This document shows positions 1-18,341 of a DNA stretch of 64,000 nucleotides, piece after piece. The notes below the pieces were generated by a model, which saw only the letters and a list, made by a program, of their open reading frames with translations, was not told the origin of the DNA and did not search any database. The stretch is taken from positions 544,001 to 608,000 of the forward strand of contig CBDBZY010000018.1 in the NCBI GenBank assembly GCA_965213685.1. The letters run 5' to 3'. Both the position numbers and the translations under genes were made by a program. This DNA is from a bacterium. Its GTDB lineage: Bacteria; UBA8248. How positions within the stretch are numbered: the stretch's first letter is position 1; every line of letters starts with the position of its first letter.

Positions 1-531
1 GCTCCTTGTCCTCCACCTGACCTGTAGCTGTCGGCAACATGTACTGAAGGGGCTACCCATCCCACCATGACAGATAGGAAACGACTCAGTAGAAGAGTAA
101 TTAGTATCCGTCCGCGCTGCACACGCCCATGGTCTAGCTGCAACAAGGCCAGTAGAAAGTTCCATCAGAGAAAGTGTCTCTTTCGTCTCGTAGTAGCTGT
201 CGCGCAGCCCTGTCCTACTTCGATCATGCGCCCATCAAGCGCTTACCCAAGAGCAAGCACACAACCTGGTAGATGTAATACAATGCAACTGCGGCTGCGC
301 GCGCCTCCAAACTTTATTGTGAACCTTGACCTCACGCTAAAGCATTCTAAGTTCGAAAAGGGTGCGTCAGATAAAAATTCGCTTACCGCAAGCCATATAT
401 CACCAATTATCGCCCACCGAAAGTCTGGGGGTGTCAGAACAAAACGCCCAACGTCAGTTCACCAGACTGTTACTGCGGTGCGTAACAGTCTGGCTCCGCG
501 AGACTACTATTACCGGTTATTGACCTTCTCG

Positions 532-2918
<2,387 letters not shown>

Positions 2919-3939
2919 GGAATTACTGAAGCTGAGACAAGAAACATTGCTGACATCATGACTGCTTTTAAATTCATTGTGAATGTATGCTGTTATGTAC
3001 ATGTACATGTAATTAATTTTCTCCTGCCACTTCCTGCGCAACATACCGCGTATAAAGGGTTCACAGTGGCGTTTAACTCCATGAGTACTGATATACATGT
3101 ACATGTGCCATAGATATCCCATGGATGGGACTTTGAACTCGTGTGAATAGCAGATGCTTTGGTACGTTTGTTGATGCGTAGCTCCACGGACGAAGAAGGA
3201 AAGGTCGACATAAAAACGATGGCCGTTTCGAAAAAGATGAACGTGTGAAGACGTGCGTTTCCAAGACGTTAGAGACTTACATGTACGCGTACCGCGTACT
3301 GCCGCGGGTGAGCTGCATAAGATCTACCAGCTTGCTGGACACAAAGGCAGAAGCGGCATTTCAGGAACCGAGCAGTGAGTGTGTGCTCTCACTCTCACGC
3401 TGTTGACAGTCTCTCTCACTGACGGACGTTAGACATTAGACAGTGTTGGTGTCAGTCTTATACACGTGTACTCACTTGCTCTGCATACGCACATTATGCA
3501 TACATATTGCTGTACATGTACATGTTACGTTGTCTCTACTACTGCTACATGTACCATCTTTCATTTTCTTGTTATACCTCATTCCTCTACCTCAAACTTT
3601 GTCTATTCTATTCCTATTCCTATCACATATTGAGAGCCGCTAGTTATATGCACGTCTTGCGTATGCATGCACATTTCTATTTACTCTCCCTCCCTCCCTC
3701 CCTCCTCACTATCTCTGTCCTTCTCATTGACAAGGACATTTTGATATTTTAGTATTACTGCCAGTCAAAAGAATGTTCCAACATACACATATACATGTAA
3801 ATCCTGTTGGAGAACAATGCTCTCTTGTCAGACTGTACTAACTGTTGTTAACTGTGATGTCATCTGTGTGTCTCTTTATAGCATGTATAGCGATGTAATG
3901 ATGTAGGCTTATTTAGAAATTTGTGTTGGCTGTGTAGTG

Positions 3940-4075
<136 letters not shown>

Positions 4076-4270
4076 GATACAACCCCCTGTGACACCTTAC
4101 CTTTTACCTTCACCTTCAGCTGATGCCAATTCTTCCTCTTCCTTCCCCCACTTCCCCCCTTTGTTCCTCATCCTTACCTTTCTCCCTCTCCTGCTCACCC
4201 ACCAAGATAAGATACTATTCCAACTATGTCCCTGCCCCATGCTGTGATGAGCTAGTGAGGTGGTGCCTAC

Positions 4271-7200
4271 CTTCACTCTCTCTCCTCTGCCGTTCTTCCT
4301 CCAACTTGGACCCACTCAGGACATTAGTTAGTGTCCACTTATCTTCCTCTTCACACTCTGCAGTGGAGGCAGAGATACATGTGCAGTTACCTAGGCAACC
4401 CTCTTGCCAGTAATTAGTGCAGTACTCCTCCCTCTGCCCACAGAGGGAGATCACATTACATCATCCACTCACACCTGACATCCTGTGCATAGTGCACTAT
4501 GTACCCACAGGCAGGACATGCCACAGCCTTGTACATGTACATACCATCTCACCACATCTCCTACTGTTACTGCTGTCCACAGCATCACTCCACAGTGAGC
4601 AGTGTGGCCAGTCCCCCACTCCACTCACTGCCACAGTGCCCATCATGCTGCCTACCACACTCACTCCACTCACCAAACTCCAGGACTGTGGTGTCAGAGA
4701 GCAGCAGATAGTCATGTCCTGAAGCATACTTGAAGGGGTGATCGGAGACTCCAGCCACAGCCACCACCAACTTCTTTGTAGGAGTGAGGTGGAGCACTCC
4801 ACCACCATGCCACCACCGTGGAGTCAGGGATCCTGGGGGAAGGAGTACCTGTAGGGAGGGGAACAGGAGAACACTCAAATGTACAGCAGTCCACACAATT
4901 GTCTGCTGCTCCACTGCTCACTGTTGGCTGTCAGTGGAAGTGTGTTGTGTATTATCTCAAAGGCTGCACATCACCTCCTACACACCCACTGCCTTCACTG
5001 CTGTCCAGTAATGGAGCAGCCCATTCCTCACTACTCTCTCCCTCTCCATACCACACAACTCTACACCACATGACTTCTCTACATGTACTGCACACACTGC
5101 CATATGCTCTCCACATGCCAACCTCTATCCACTCACATGCCACACCTACTCACCTGGGTTGGCTGCACAGGACAATACCACACACACCACAACACACCAT
5201 CACTACTGGTATAGGGGCAGGCTTACAAGGGGAAGTGTTCAGCTGAGCACTAGCCACACATGCAGTGTGAAGGTCATTGCCGCACAACAGCACCACTAAG
5301 GGGACATCAACACACTCACTGCCTCATGAGCTCACAGCTCACTCACCTCCTCCCACTGGATGGCATTAATATTGAAGAGCCACACATCTCCCAGTGGCTT
5401 GTTTTGTCTGCTCAGACCTCCCGCCATCACCATACATGGGTGTGGTGGGTCTCTGTCTGGATCCCACAGACTGTAGGCTGTGTGGGCCTGCCTCTCCTCA
5501 GGCCATGGCTGGCCTGTCTGAGGTAGCACTGGTCCAGTCCAGTGCTGGAGAGGGAAAACAATTTGAAAACACTTTGAGAACATGTAATCCACTCACATAT
5601 GCACATGCTCCAGCTCAGTAAGGCACCCTCCCCTCTCTACACTGCCTGTATGGACTCACACTACTAGCTAGCCACACATGCCAGCCCATGTACATGGAAC
5701 ATGTACCTGCAAACCTCTTCTCCCATGTACACTAACTGGCATGTACACTGTACATACATGTACACTGTATGTAGTCTACATGTAGATTCTGTCTCATCAT
5801 GATAAGAGCAACATCTTTTCCACTACTCTATCAGTTGCTATGCATGTACAGGCCACTATTGGGTCCCACCAGAGACAATAATATTATATTACTGTATGTA
5901 TGCCCATATTCACGTATGTATGCTCATATTCACGTATTCTCATATTCACGTGTGTATGCTCATATTCATGTACATGTGTGTGCATGTGATGGTGTCTTGT
6001 GCAGGGGACAGTGTCTCCTGTAGCACTGCTCTACATGTATGTACTGCCAGACCTGCCACTCCTCATTCCAACTCACAGGCCATGCTCCCCTCTCTACACT
6101 GGCTCATGGCTGATGACTGATGACTGAACACACACTCTCTTCCCTGCACTGACTCATACCAGGTATCTAGGCCCACACTAGCCTCACATCACATCATCGC
6201 AATCATATTACACTGATAGATAAATGTACACACATGGAAAAGGCACTAATTATGTGTTTTATTGCTCAAACAACTGAACTACAGTAGGCCACAGGTGATC
6301 TCAGACAGTGCATTATTAATTGGGTACAACTATATCTCCGCCACTCACCCATGCCACAGTGTCCAGGATGAACACTGCATTTGTCCTCCTCATCCTCTCT
6401 CCATCAAACCCACCAAACCACACGACTCTCCTCCTGTCCACTCTAGTGAGGGTCATGCCAGTAGATGGAGGAGGAGTCCTACCAGTGGTGGGTGGAGTGG
6501 ACCACTGACCTGGAGGGGAAGAGAGGGATTGGTCTGGGACTAGCCACACCCACTGGCCTGGGGACACTGCTCACATGATCCACCAACACCCACCAGGTAA
6601 GGCACAAGGCACTCTGCTCCTCACAACCATCTGCACCACTACATACTGACATGTACTAGTCAACATGTGAGGAGCTCTGCAATGCTCTCACTGTACTTGC
6701 TCTATTTGATTCTTTTACCATAAAATCGAACTCTGCTGCTGTTGGGGTAGGCGAATGGGAAATATGTAAACAATTAACTTCTTATTCACAGACTGTAGTG
6801 GTATTGTGGGCATGGGAGTGAATACAGTTCATAGTTGACGCAGAAGAAGTGCCTGGCTCTGCAATGCTCTGACTGTACTTCATTTGAATATTTTACCATG
6901 AAATATTTTGTTGGGGTCAATGGGAACTATCTCAAATAAGTAAACATTGAAACTTCCTGTTTATCATAGACAGTGGTGTAGTGGTATTGTGGGCATGGGA
7001 ATGAATACAATTCATAGTTGACACAGAAGAGGTGCCTGGCTGACTGTCCAAACATGAGCATGCCAGGCCGATTGCCTGACATCATACAGGTGCATACATG
7101 TACATAGCAGAGGGTGAGGGATGTGACTTGTGTAGAGCAGCATACATAGTCCCATCATTTGCATGCCCACCTCATGTGGTGAGAGGTAGCATGTCTGTGC

Positions 7201-9103
7201 ATATATGTATGCTAGAATAACTGACATGGTTACCAGGTACACAGGAGGAGAGAGAGTGCTTCCTTATTAGGAAGCATACTATTACCATGCCTGGCCAGGC
7301 TGTGTGGGTGTTTCCCAACTGTCTATGATGGGGCACAGAGACCACCTCCACCCTAACTAACAGCTCCTCCTCAAGCAGCCACTGCTAGAGAGGCAGCACT
7401 GCAGCACAGAAGAGACAGCCTAGCACCAAACATTACTAACTAGAGGAGTGGTGCAGCTGAGGAGGGCCTTGGAAACAAGAGAGACATGTCTACAGGAGAT
7501 GAGCTCATATCAGCTCCCACGACTGCTCCTGAGACTGCACTGGAGGGAGAAGCTCGGCTGCAGTAGAGACACATTATATATAATTGCTTAAAAATAGATC
7601 GGCCTCTGAGACAATAGACAGGAGAGAGGTCCAGCTATGTAGTCCAGTTAGAGTTGATAGCAACTCCTCAGCATGAGAGATTGCTCAGTGATAGTACTAG
7701 ACAGAGGGAGCTGCAGAAAGTCACAGCTACAAGAAGCTCAGGTGCAGTAGAGAAACGGATTGCTTTGAGGCTGTTGCTTAATGGCCTTTGAGACAGTAGA
7801 GACAGTAGAGAATGGAGAGGTCCAGCTGTGCAGTCCAGTTAGAGTTAAGAGCAACTCCTCAGCATGAGATATATCTCACTGACAGTACCAGACAGAGGGA
7901 GCTGCAGAAAGACATAACTACAGTGCATGTGTACATGTACATAAGGGGTAACTCAAAGTTTGCCATTCATATGGAGGGCACACTCCCACTAGGGGGTCTG
8001 GGAGAATGGCACTGAGTGAATTATTGAAGTACAGACACTCTCAGATGGATTCTGAGGCATTCTGCAAGTAGTCATAGCCATTCCTATTGTTTTGCTGGGG
8101 AGGGGGAGGGATGAAGTTGCTTTCTTGTGGGAGGGGGTGATATTCTAGGCCTTTTCCTCCCCCTGCATGAACCCCTGCTGATTTTGCAACACAACTGTAC
8201 CCCATACACATGGCCACATGTACAATCATGCATACCTTACTGGACCTAATGATATCCTAAAATTTGAGGTACATAGGAGAGGGCAGAGAAAAGGTATAAC
8301 TGATCTGCAGCACATGACCACACCTATGCATATTACATGATGCATTACCGGTAATTGGTTTCTAATCCTAAAGTACACATACTTTGAGTAAGCATGTCAT
8401 GCTCTGGCAGCAATCAGTTGTCTCTACCTGCACTGAGTTTGTGGTCTGTGTCTGGTGTTATCACATGAGGTCATGTGTAGAGGTCAGCTCATACATGCAG
8501 TGGACCAGTTGTAACCTCATGCACAGCATGTGAGGTAGAGTAAAGGTACTGACAGTCCATGCACACACCTGACTCAGAGTTGTAGTACAGGAGCTGATTG
8601 GTGTATCCTCGACCTTTATTGTCCCCTGGATCAGGAATGAAGCCTGTCATTGGTTGGCGGGTAGGACGTTCTGCGTACCCTCCAGCATTGAGTAGATCTC
8701 CACTGGGCAACGCGACAAGACCAGAGTTCGCAGTGCGTAGCATTTGGCCAGAACTGACAATTCTCCTCCATACAAAGTTTTGGGAGTTGAAAACAGAGAG
8801 ATCATTGCAGAAGCCTGGGCCACCACTGTTCCCGCCCATGAAGTACAGGTTTGTGTGATACGAGGTGACTGCAGCACCTTGGTACCATGATGGAAGCTCA
8901 CCAGATGTCGGATATTTCTTCCATGATAATGTCGCACCATCAAACACTTCCACTTCTCGTGGAAATGTGACACTTTGTTTATGCTGGAATGACTTAAGCA
9001 TGCCCCTAAACATCCAGAGTTGTGAGCCAATTGAAAAGGTTGGTGCATCAAAACGTTCCTCAGGTTCGTATGAGCCAGTTGGCTGTGCAGGAGGCTCAGC
9101 CAT
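4271..9103 (-). CDS. Kelch-repeat (beta-propeller) protein, spliced; exons 9103-8569, 6509-6349, 5544-5347, 4848-4674, 4357-4271; 3' end unresolved
   Basis: Phase-compatible GT-AG exons give a continuous frame with Kelch motifs (LYFMGG..NDL..F..W, VVWFGG..N.VFILD...W, PEERQAHTA..MVMAGG..DVWLF..W, PRWWHG). An acceptor just upstream of the ATG suggests an untranslated first exon. Confidence 0.85.
6670..7040. repeat. Intronic tandem duplication, about 185-bp unit x2
   Basis: ctctgcaatgctct...gtagtggtattgtgggcatggga.tgaataca.ttcatagttgac repeated at about 6676 and 6857. Confidence 0.8.
7545..7920. repeat. Intronic tandem duplication, about 190-bp unit x2
   Basis: gagaggtccagct.tg.agtccagttagagtt..agcaactcctcagcatgaga...gacagagggagctgcagaaag occurs twice. 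Confidence 0.8.
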
Positions 9104-9582
9104 GGCTGGATCTGGGGAGAGGTGGGAGGGGGAGATAGCCACTGAGTGAAGTTTCACATGCATATGGCAATTATGTATACAGTGTCTGCATGTGAGCATA
9201 ATTATGCATGTCTTGTCCGATTTTAAACACAGTGAAGCTTGTAAGCTCTATACACTTGCATATGTGTAGTGGGCCTACCTCAACACACCTGTGTATCAGT
9301 GTATGGGAGTGCTTCTAGCTGTGTAAGCCAAGCTAGGCAAATGCAGTCTAGTGTTGTGTGCAGGCTCTTTTAGTCCTATTCGACGTGCAGGTGGCAGGTG
9401 GTTGCTAAGCTGAGTGGGGAAATCCCATCATGTAGCCTTTCTCTAACTCCACCCTTAAAGTGGTCTCTAGAGTGGAGGAAATCCCACAATGTTGCGCTAG
9501 CTCTTTTGTTTTGCTCTGCTTTCAATTCTCTGCCAATATGCTTGCATGAGAAAATCTCTTCATACTATGGGTTGCATGCATG

Positions 9583-10430
<848 letters not shown>

Positions 10431-11947
10431 GACGGAGACTGGGTAGTAAGTCATGGAAAGGGCTTTAGAGCTAACATAGTTGTATGGGGAATGCCTAGGG
10501 ACATTAGTACGCTTGAGGTTAGGGCTAAATTAGCGGACGTACGTCTAGCTAGCTTTGTGAGAGGTAAAGTTGTTTGGGAAGGTGATCACTTGAGGCTTGC
10601 TCTTACTGCTACTGATAGTAAGGTATTACAAAGGAACAAGTTAGTCAGATATCATCCATCTTACGTAAAAGATTGGTTGTAGATGTGTTCTGGATGAGCC
10701 TAAAAGAGTGGTGCATAAGAATGAGCAGTTAGTTTGTAGTAACAGATTTGAGCCCTTAAGTGTTGTTGAGCCTGTAGGGTCAGGTATTGAATGTAAGAGT
10801 GACAGTGAGCATGTAGATCTTAATAGAATGAGAGAGAATGTGGTAGCTGGGAATCGACAGGAGAGGAAATTGAGGGTGGGTACATGGAACGTCTCGGGAT
10901 TGTGTAGTGAGCATAAACAAAAGGAGGTAGGTGAATTGTTGAAGGTAAATAATATTGATGTTGTGGCTGGTCAGGAGTCGTGGGAATAGGAGGGTAGCAG
11001 GATAAACGTAGATGGGTATAAGTGGCTTGGGAAGCCTCGTGATGTTCAAAATAGTCAGAGAGGGGAGGGAGGTTTTGGATTCCTTGTTTGTGATTGCTTG
11101 GTTAATGAAGTAGAGTTTGTTCGTGAGGTAAAGTATGCAGAGAGTGTGTGGGTGAAAGTGAGGGGTGAGAGGGGAAGGTGAGCATTGTACATAGGTTGTA
11201 TATACATGCCTACTGATGGTTCAGGTATAGCCACTGTTGATGACAGTTATAACTTACTTAAGGAAGATATCCTTACTTTCAAGCAGAAGGGGAAGGTTGT
11301 TTTGCTTGGAGATTTTAATGCTAGGGTAGGAAAGTCCAGTGAGGTTGATGATGTGATAGGGATGTTTGGGGAAGAGACTTGTAATGCTAGTGGTAATAAG
11401 TTGATTTCCTTCCTGAATGAAGTGAAGTTGGTTGGTTGTAATGGTAGAAAGCTAGTGATTGAGCCTGATCGGACCAGGGTCAGGCCTAGTTTGAAGCAGA
11501 AGTTGATTATAGAATACATTATAACTGACGGGGACTCAAGGAAGGCTTCTGGGGATGTGCATGTAGATTCCTCGGTTATTGGATGCTCAGACCACATTTT
11601 AGTTTGGATGGAGCTTGGTAGAGCATGTAAGTTAACTAAGAGTCGCAGGAGGATAATTAAGAAGTGGTGTTTAGACAGGTTTGAAGTAGAGGATGTAAGA
11701 CCTAAATACCAAAAAGTGTTAGAAGAAGAAGGGAAGGGGTTTTCTGAAAGCATTAGGCAGAAAATGAGTAAGGGGTTGAAGGGTCATGCCTTGGTGGGTG
11801 AAATGCTAAGGGAGTGGGAGAGTATTGTGAATAGAGTAGCTAAGAGGGAGGTGGGGAAGAAAATGATAGAGTGTGGTAAGTCAGCTAGGTGGTAGTGAAG
11901 TAAAGGATAAAATCAATTCTAGAAGGAAATTGCATAAGCGCTTGCCC
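10431..11947 (+). mobile_element. Degenerate non-LTR retrotransposon (LINE) fragment with APE-type endonuclease domain
   Basis: LRVGTWNV.GL, DVVAGQESW, IYMP, VVLLGDFNARVG, SDH motifs; interrupted by stops; no RT follows. Confidence 0.9.
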
Positions 11948-12903
11948 ATGTCAGGAAGCAAGTGACGCTCGGACGGACGATGGGGAAAGGGTGCTCGGAT
12001 GTGTGACGAGATAAGGGCTGAAAGAGCTAGGCTGCAGACAACTCTAGTCCTACCATGCAATCACAAGAGAAAGAAATCTCGCCACTTGTTCCCACAGTGG
12101 TACATGTACATTGTGGCCCTGCGCTCGCTGCCGGCAGCGCATATGGTACTAAGGTAGGCGGGAGATGTATACTCGAAACTTTTATAGCTTTGACTGTAAG
12201 CTTACTGTGGCTCACACTTTTCTGTGTTCTCCTAGCCAGTTGAATGTGCTCTTTGTTTTCCCTTGCGCAGGGCGAGGTTCACTCTGATCTGTCCCACCCT
12301 TTGCTCAATAGTATCCTAGAAGTATGCGGATATGGACGACAGTGAGTCTTGTGCAAAACCGGAAGTTCTATGGAAAATATGAATAGTGCTGTACATAGGA
12401 AGTCTATTATCCACTCCAGAAACCCACGTCCACCATTGCGATCCGCCACATGGCCTGCACGCGAAAGCATGAAAGCATAATATGGTTACTAGTATACGCT
12501 GTCAGTTCAATGGCTAGTGCTGCATCCACAGGTTGTAAAGTGCACGTCATACCAACAACTGATCGTCTGCGCTAAACATAATATATCTATAAAGTAACAA
12601 TTTTCCTGTGACTTCAGCTATACAAACATTATATATTTTTTTCAAATACTCTCCGGTTCCATGTGTTCAGATAAGTGACTTCCTACAGTAGCTTTTCACG
12701 TGTGACGGCGCGTCATCCACAAGCAAGCCACGCGGAGCCACGCCTTCCAGAGAAGGCGTGGCTCCGCGAGGCTGCGAAGCAGAAGGCCACAACTGCGACT
12801 ATTAATATCAGACTCAAAGTCATTGAAGGACTAGTATTGGAGGGCCTAATATAGTTCTTGGGATGGGATGACACAACCCACACTTAAAGCCATCAGAAAA
12901 TGT
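11948..12903 (+). repeat. About 0.95-kb CpG-rich repeat, copy B
   Basis: Direct repeat of 9583-10430 on the other side of the LINE endonuclease fragment. Confidence 0.9.
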
Positions 12904-12932
12904 AAGAGTCCTTTGATACTAAGGCTTATATA

Positions 12933-13000
12933 TAGTCTGGCGAAGCCATACCCGAACGCGCAAGCGAGCTTGCGCGCTCGGGTGTGGCTTCGCCAGACTA
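12933..13000. mobile_element. 68-bp palindromic MITE (TAGTCT...AGACTA) with 9-bp TSD
   Basis: TIR tagtctggcgaagcca/tggcttcgccagacta; gcttatata on both flanks; absent from the paralogous site near 33740. Confidence 0.9.
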
Positions 13001-13312
13001 GCTTATATATGCATATACGTACATGAAACTTATGGGTCTGATATGTTTTAGGTCCGTAGTTTTGTTGTTTCCAAATGTATATGTTCTTGACTTTTTGCTT
13101 TGTAATAATGTACATGTACATTTCGTCTTTGTGGTCTGGTGAAATATGGGGTAAGTGTGAGGAGTGCATGTATGTTCTGTAGAGGGTGGTATGTGTTTTC
13201 CAGGAGCTGGGAGTATGTGGTCTATCTGTGAGAGTGGGTATTTACTCTGGGAAAATCATGGGGTGTGCTTGTATGTAAAGCAAATAGACAGGTGTTATTA
13301 GACGAGCTTATG

Positions 13313-13435
<123 letters not shown>

Positions 13436-14079
13436 GTGTGTGTGTGTGTGCGTGTGTGTGTGTGAGTGGGGGGGTAGTAAAACACACGTAATATTATATA
13501 TGTAGCTATTGATTAGGGGTTGATATATCATATGAAATGTATTCAAATGATCCATAATCAGCAGCAGTAAATTCATAAAATCATTGACAACCACCACAAT
13601 AACCTATAAGCATGCATTTGACATGTCACTTGCCTTTTCAACACTGTCTCTCGTACTTTGCACATACACTTATGCATGTGATTATGTGTATGTACTTCCA
13701 TTAAATTGTCTGGGGCTAAAGCTGGGCTGGAGAATGTTAGCTAGGGAAGGGAGAGAGGGTGATAACAGACCCCTCCCCCTTTTCCGAGGGCCCATCTGTA
13801 CTTGAATTGAAACCCTGGTAGCCTGCATGAGCATGAGGTGCAGGAAGCTGTGGCAATGCATCCCTTTTTTCATCCCTTACTGGTGTGCAGCAAAGGTACA
13901 CTGTACACATACTTCATCTCACAGAATATTCTGTGGGGGATTGATCAAAGTTAAGTGCAAATGAGTACATATTTCCCTCTCACTGGACATACACCCCCTA
14001 TTTCTTAAGTGCACTATTACATCACCATAACTGTAACTATATAGACAGGAGTTTGTACGGAACTTTCCAGGCAGATTAT

Positions 14080-14290
14080 GAGAATAATGTTCGCGAAACC
14101 ACTCGGAAGTAGTATAGTACATAGCGTGAAGACGCGGCGCGCCGCCCTGGCCCCGCTTACGTATCTATAAGCCAAGTAGACCTACATGTAGATGTACGTG
14201 TAGATGCTGGGCTCGTCTAGGGACACAGTTGGCCTAAGAGTGAGGATCGCAGCTGAAGGCTACAAGACTGTCGACAGACTGAGTGAGTTT
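14080..14290 (+). promoter_or_regulatory. CpG-rich promoter/first-exon-like segment with GTGAGT donor at 14283 (paralog at 36640-36870)
   Basis: CpG cluster, cggaag motif and conserved splice donor in both copies. Function is inferred. Confidence 0.45.
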
Positions 14291-14917
14291 TTCCGTGTTC
14301 GAGGGCTAATTTGTGTTACTACGTGACACTGGGCCTACTCATGTGGGGTGCGGCACAGCCTGTTGATACTACGTAGTAGCCTGTTGATACATGGTCAGGT
14401 GTCTGCTAACACGAGCACTGGAAAAGGGCAGGCCTGCTGAGCTGTGATTGTGTGAGGTGTATGTAGTTAGGTGCGTTGTGTTGTTGCCCACTGCCCCAGC
14501 GTCCATTGGCCCTCATGCACATTTACTTGTATAGTGCAATGCTCAGACACGTACACGTACATGTGTGCATGAAGATGTGAAGTGAATAGTTCATGTGCAG
14601 TGTATGTGCACTGTTCATGTGCAGTGCTCTCCTTTCCTTTTCCTTGTCCTTTTTTCTAGAAGGTGAGCTGTTGCGTGTGCCTAGTTTTGGGGTTGTTTGT
14701 GTGTGACTTGTGTATATGGATGGTAGATGGTCCACATGGGTGGTGAGAGTTGGTGCACCATCAAAGATCTTTAAGCCCCATTCCCAACTCTTAAGGTTGG
14801 GCATGTGGACCATCTGCCTTCTGTTCTGTTCTTGTACGTGTAGGCTTGTTGCTTTCCCCTTTTCTAAGCCGTTGAGGTTGTTAGAGATATATATGTTTCT
14901 AAGCTAATGAAGCTGCT

Positions 14918-15035
14918 GTACATATCTATTTTTCTAAGCCGTTGAGGTTGTTACAGATATTTCTAAGCCGTTGAGGTTGCTAATATTTCTAAGCCGTTGA
15001 GGCTGTTTCCAGATATTAAACTATATATTTCTAAG
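14918..15035. repeat. Minisatellite (tttctaagccgttgaggttg...) with several variable units; inverted relative at about 38570-38700
   Basis: Direct repeats visible; reverse-complement units caacctcagc..cttaga near 38600-38700. Confidence 0.75.
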
Positions 15036-15629
15036 CCCCTAGCTTCTAGGCATTGTTAGCTTGACACATGTTAAAGAGGATGGGGAGGAAGAGTGAGCAA
15101 CAGTCTTTTTGAAGACACTACACTGGCTGGCAGAGGATTTGATATTAAAGAAAGTGTACAGGATTGGACTGTGCTACTGCAAAAGATTTCCCAAAGCTTG
15201 AAAAGCTTTCATAATTCAGCATGTCATCTTTAGTGTATGGACTGGGGTTGAGGATCAGATGCATGCAGACATGTACATAGGTTATTGCTGGCCAGAGGTC
15301 TACATTATCCTTTCACTCTCTCCCTGGCAGCTCATAAGGATCACAGCCCACAACTTGAATTGTGTCAACATAGTGTCACTTCGACTCTGCATCAGCTACA
15401 TGTATGCTAGTCACGTATTCTGGGAGAAAAACACTTTCCAGATGTTTATATACTCAAAGCCATCCTCACTAGGTATTTACGTGTGCGTTTACACTTTAGT
15501 TCACCAATATGGCACATAGCAACCGTTGCCATGCAAACGTATGAACCATGACATACTATGCAATGGGTCTACAGCAATGCTGAATCTGTTGAAAGAGGTA
15601 CAGCATGAACATGTGCATACATAAACATC

Positions 15630-15865
15630 AGTCAAAGGGGCAAGGCAACGCAAAGCAACTGTAACTACGGCTGAAGATAGCTCTTGGAAGAAATGAGATG
15701 TGTCTCAGGTACATGTAGAACTGGAACATGTGCCATACTGCACACTGCGTATATGCTCCACCAACTGAGCCACTGAGGCAGCTTAGCTGGGTGGGCTGAA
15801 TATTTAAGGGTTATACAAAGGCAATGGCATCTCTCCTGTTAGACAGGGCAGCTCTTAACTTAGCA
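15630..15865 (-). mobile_element. Degenerate copy of the tRNA-containing SINE-like repeat
   Basis: gctccaccaactgagccactgaggcagct with the same flanks as 24320-24640. Confidence 0.65.
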
Positions 15866-18341
15866 ATATGTACACGCTACACTGTATTGTGGTCCACTGC
15901 CCTTAATGCTCTTGTTCATAAAACATGCCATAATTGTGTCCCATGTGGTGCCCACTCCACTGCCAGTGAGACCTGATATTGGCAGACCCATCCTGCACAA
16001 TAGTCAGCACACCTGATCAGAGAGCTGGGGCAGTATGCACATTGTACGTTTTGGGAGGGAGGGGGGGACGCAAACAATGTGCCCTCCTTGGCTGTACAGG
16101 TTGTTTACACCACTTATTCACCTCTCAATCTTTACTGTTTACTGTTTGGTCACCTTTGCCTCTCCCCCCAAAGTTCCTGGCTCTATGGCTCACTCGTGGC
16201 TCCAAAGGGGCAGCACAGCCCCCCCTCCCCCAGGGAGAGCTCTGGCATGTGCTGCAGTACATGTACATGTCCACGTGCAGCTTATCTTATTCATGTACAT
16301 GTACATGCACTCGTACTACTGCACTGCCTTAAAGTAGCTTCATGAAGCACATGTGCCCGTCACAGGCAACATAACCATGTACATGTACATGTGTGTACAT
16401 GTACCTGTACTAATATACTGTCTTTTGAGACGTCCTCTTCTCCCTCCCTCCCTTCCCTATTGTCTCAGCTCAGGTGGCATCGCAGTCAGGGCTCACATGT
16501 ACCTGTGCATGTACATGTGAGTGGGTGATGAGAGCCAGCCACCTTTGGAACAGCTGTCTGCTGCTTCCCCAGCTTGCTCTAGCTCACCTCGACATGCATG
16601 GCCTGAGGGCTAACTCTACTAGACCATAGCCCAATTGAGTTGACGTAAACCGACAATGCTTGCATCAGCTGTACAGGCTGTTGTAGCATGCAATGAAACT
16701 GCGCCGAGGGTTTGCACTTTGGTGCTTTTCATTTCATCTTGTTCACTGGTCTACTGCACATAAATCTACACATACATGATTGTATAGTTATATTGTCACT
16801 GTGTGCAGCTGTTTACATGCACACTGGACATGTGTTTGTAGGTTATGTACACTTTACACATGTATGTGTTCCACCGGATGTGCAGCCCAGCAGGTTGATC
16901 AGTGGGCAGTCCGGATGCCCAGCCTGTGGGCCGGCTGTGCAACTGGATGAGCGTTCGGCTGTGCATCCCTGTCTCAAAGCTCGAGAGAAGTGTACACTTC
17001 CCACTTCACGTAGGTGTAGAGTCAGTTATCTCAGTTACAAACCAAGCTGAAAGAGAGAGACAAACGAATACATCAGTGGTTGTGCTACCAGGCAGCAGTC
17101 CAGTTATCTAACTGGCTATCCCAATGCTCAACCATAGGAGGTACACAACATGTTTTGAGTTGGTATGCAGTGGATTCAGCTCCGAATGCACTCCTAACAT
17201 GAAGGTTTTGGGCCTGGAAAGAGCTAAAAAGGACTTATGTTTGTACGTTCATCACATTCGTTACACCACAGGACATTACGAGACTACCCACCATTATCTG
17301 TAGCGGAATATTTTGTCCGAAGACATTTGGTCTCTCTCTCCTCTACCATTCTAACTGACGTAACAATATTATCTCTTGGTACGCAAAATCACAGTCTGGT
17401 TGACTGACTGGGCATCCGGTTGTTCAACCGGATGCCCTGTTGTTCAACAGAACAGGGGTTGCGCATCCGGGCGGAACATGTACACATACACTGTACCTAC
17501 CTCCCATGATCACACACAGGCATGTGCATGTACATTTACAATGTACGTATACATGTGTATGTAAGCTCACAATCCCCTCTCTCCTCCCAAAACTCACACC
17601 CTCACACATTATGCAAGCACACATGTACATACCCATCCCTCCCTTCCTCCCTGCCTCCCCCTCCTCCTCCCTTCATCCCTACTTGTCTCTGTTCAGTCAG
17701 CATCATGGTCAGTGTTGACATGTGCATGTACATGTAGTTGCAATGCTTTGTGTGAGATGCAATGTAGCTGTAGAAGTTTTGAGTGTTTGTGGCGGTTAAT
17801 TATATCACCCCATCTCATCCCTGCACTGCTGGCTCTATGTTTTGAGGTGCAGGATTTCCCTACGATGTAGTTTAACAGTGACGCAGGAAGATTATTTTGT
17901 AAGGGGGTGCACCAGATTTTTGGATATGTGCGTGAAGTGCCCGCCCCTGGGAGGGCCCATGCCATGTGTACTGGGTCGTAGCAGAGGAGGTTGGACATGA
18001 CGTAATTTGACATGACTATCACATGACCACGCATACATACTGACGGAGAGCTGACCTGAAAGCTTTCCCGTACATTTTCCCACAGGAGGTAGGCGCTTAT
18101 CTTTCTAAGAGCGTGTATCACGTGCCTGTGCCCACCCTCCTCTGGGGTCATAGGTCACATGGAGTCAGACCACATGACCTACATGTACATATGACCTCTG
18201 ACCTAATTATTTTGAAAAATTTCACGGGTGCTCCAGCACCTGGCGCCCCCGTGCTTCCTGCACCACTCAGTTATGTAATGGATGAGTTTCCTGAAACTAC
18301 AATCTCCACCACAGCAGCTATGCAACTGCAGCGCTGAGAGG

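Noticed and set aside
14918-15035. CRISPR-like short direct repeats
   Set aside because: Spacers are tiny and non-unique, the context is eukaryotic and no cas genes are present; a minisatellite.
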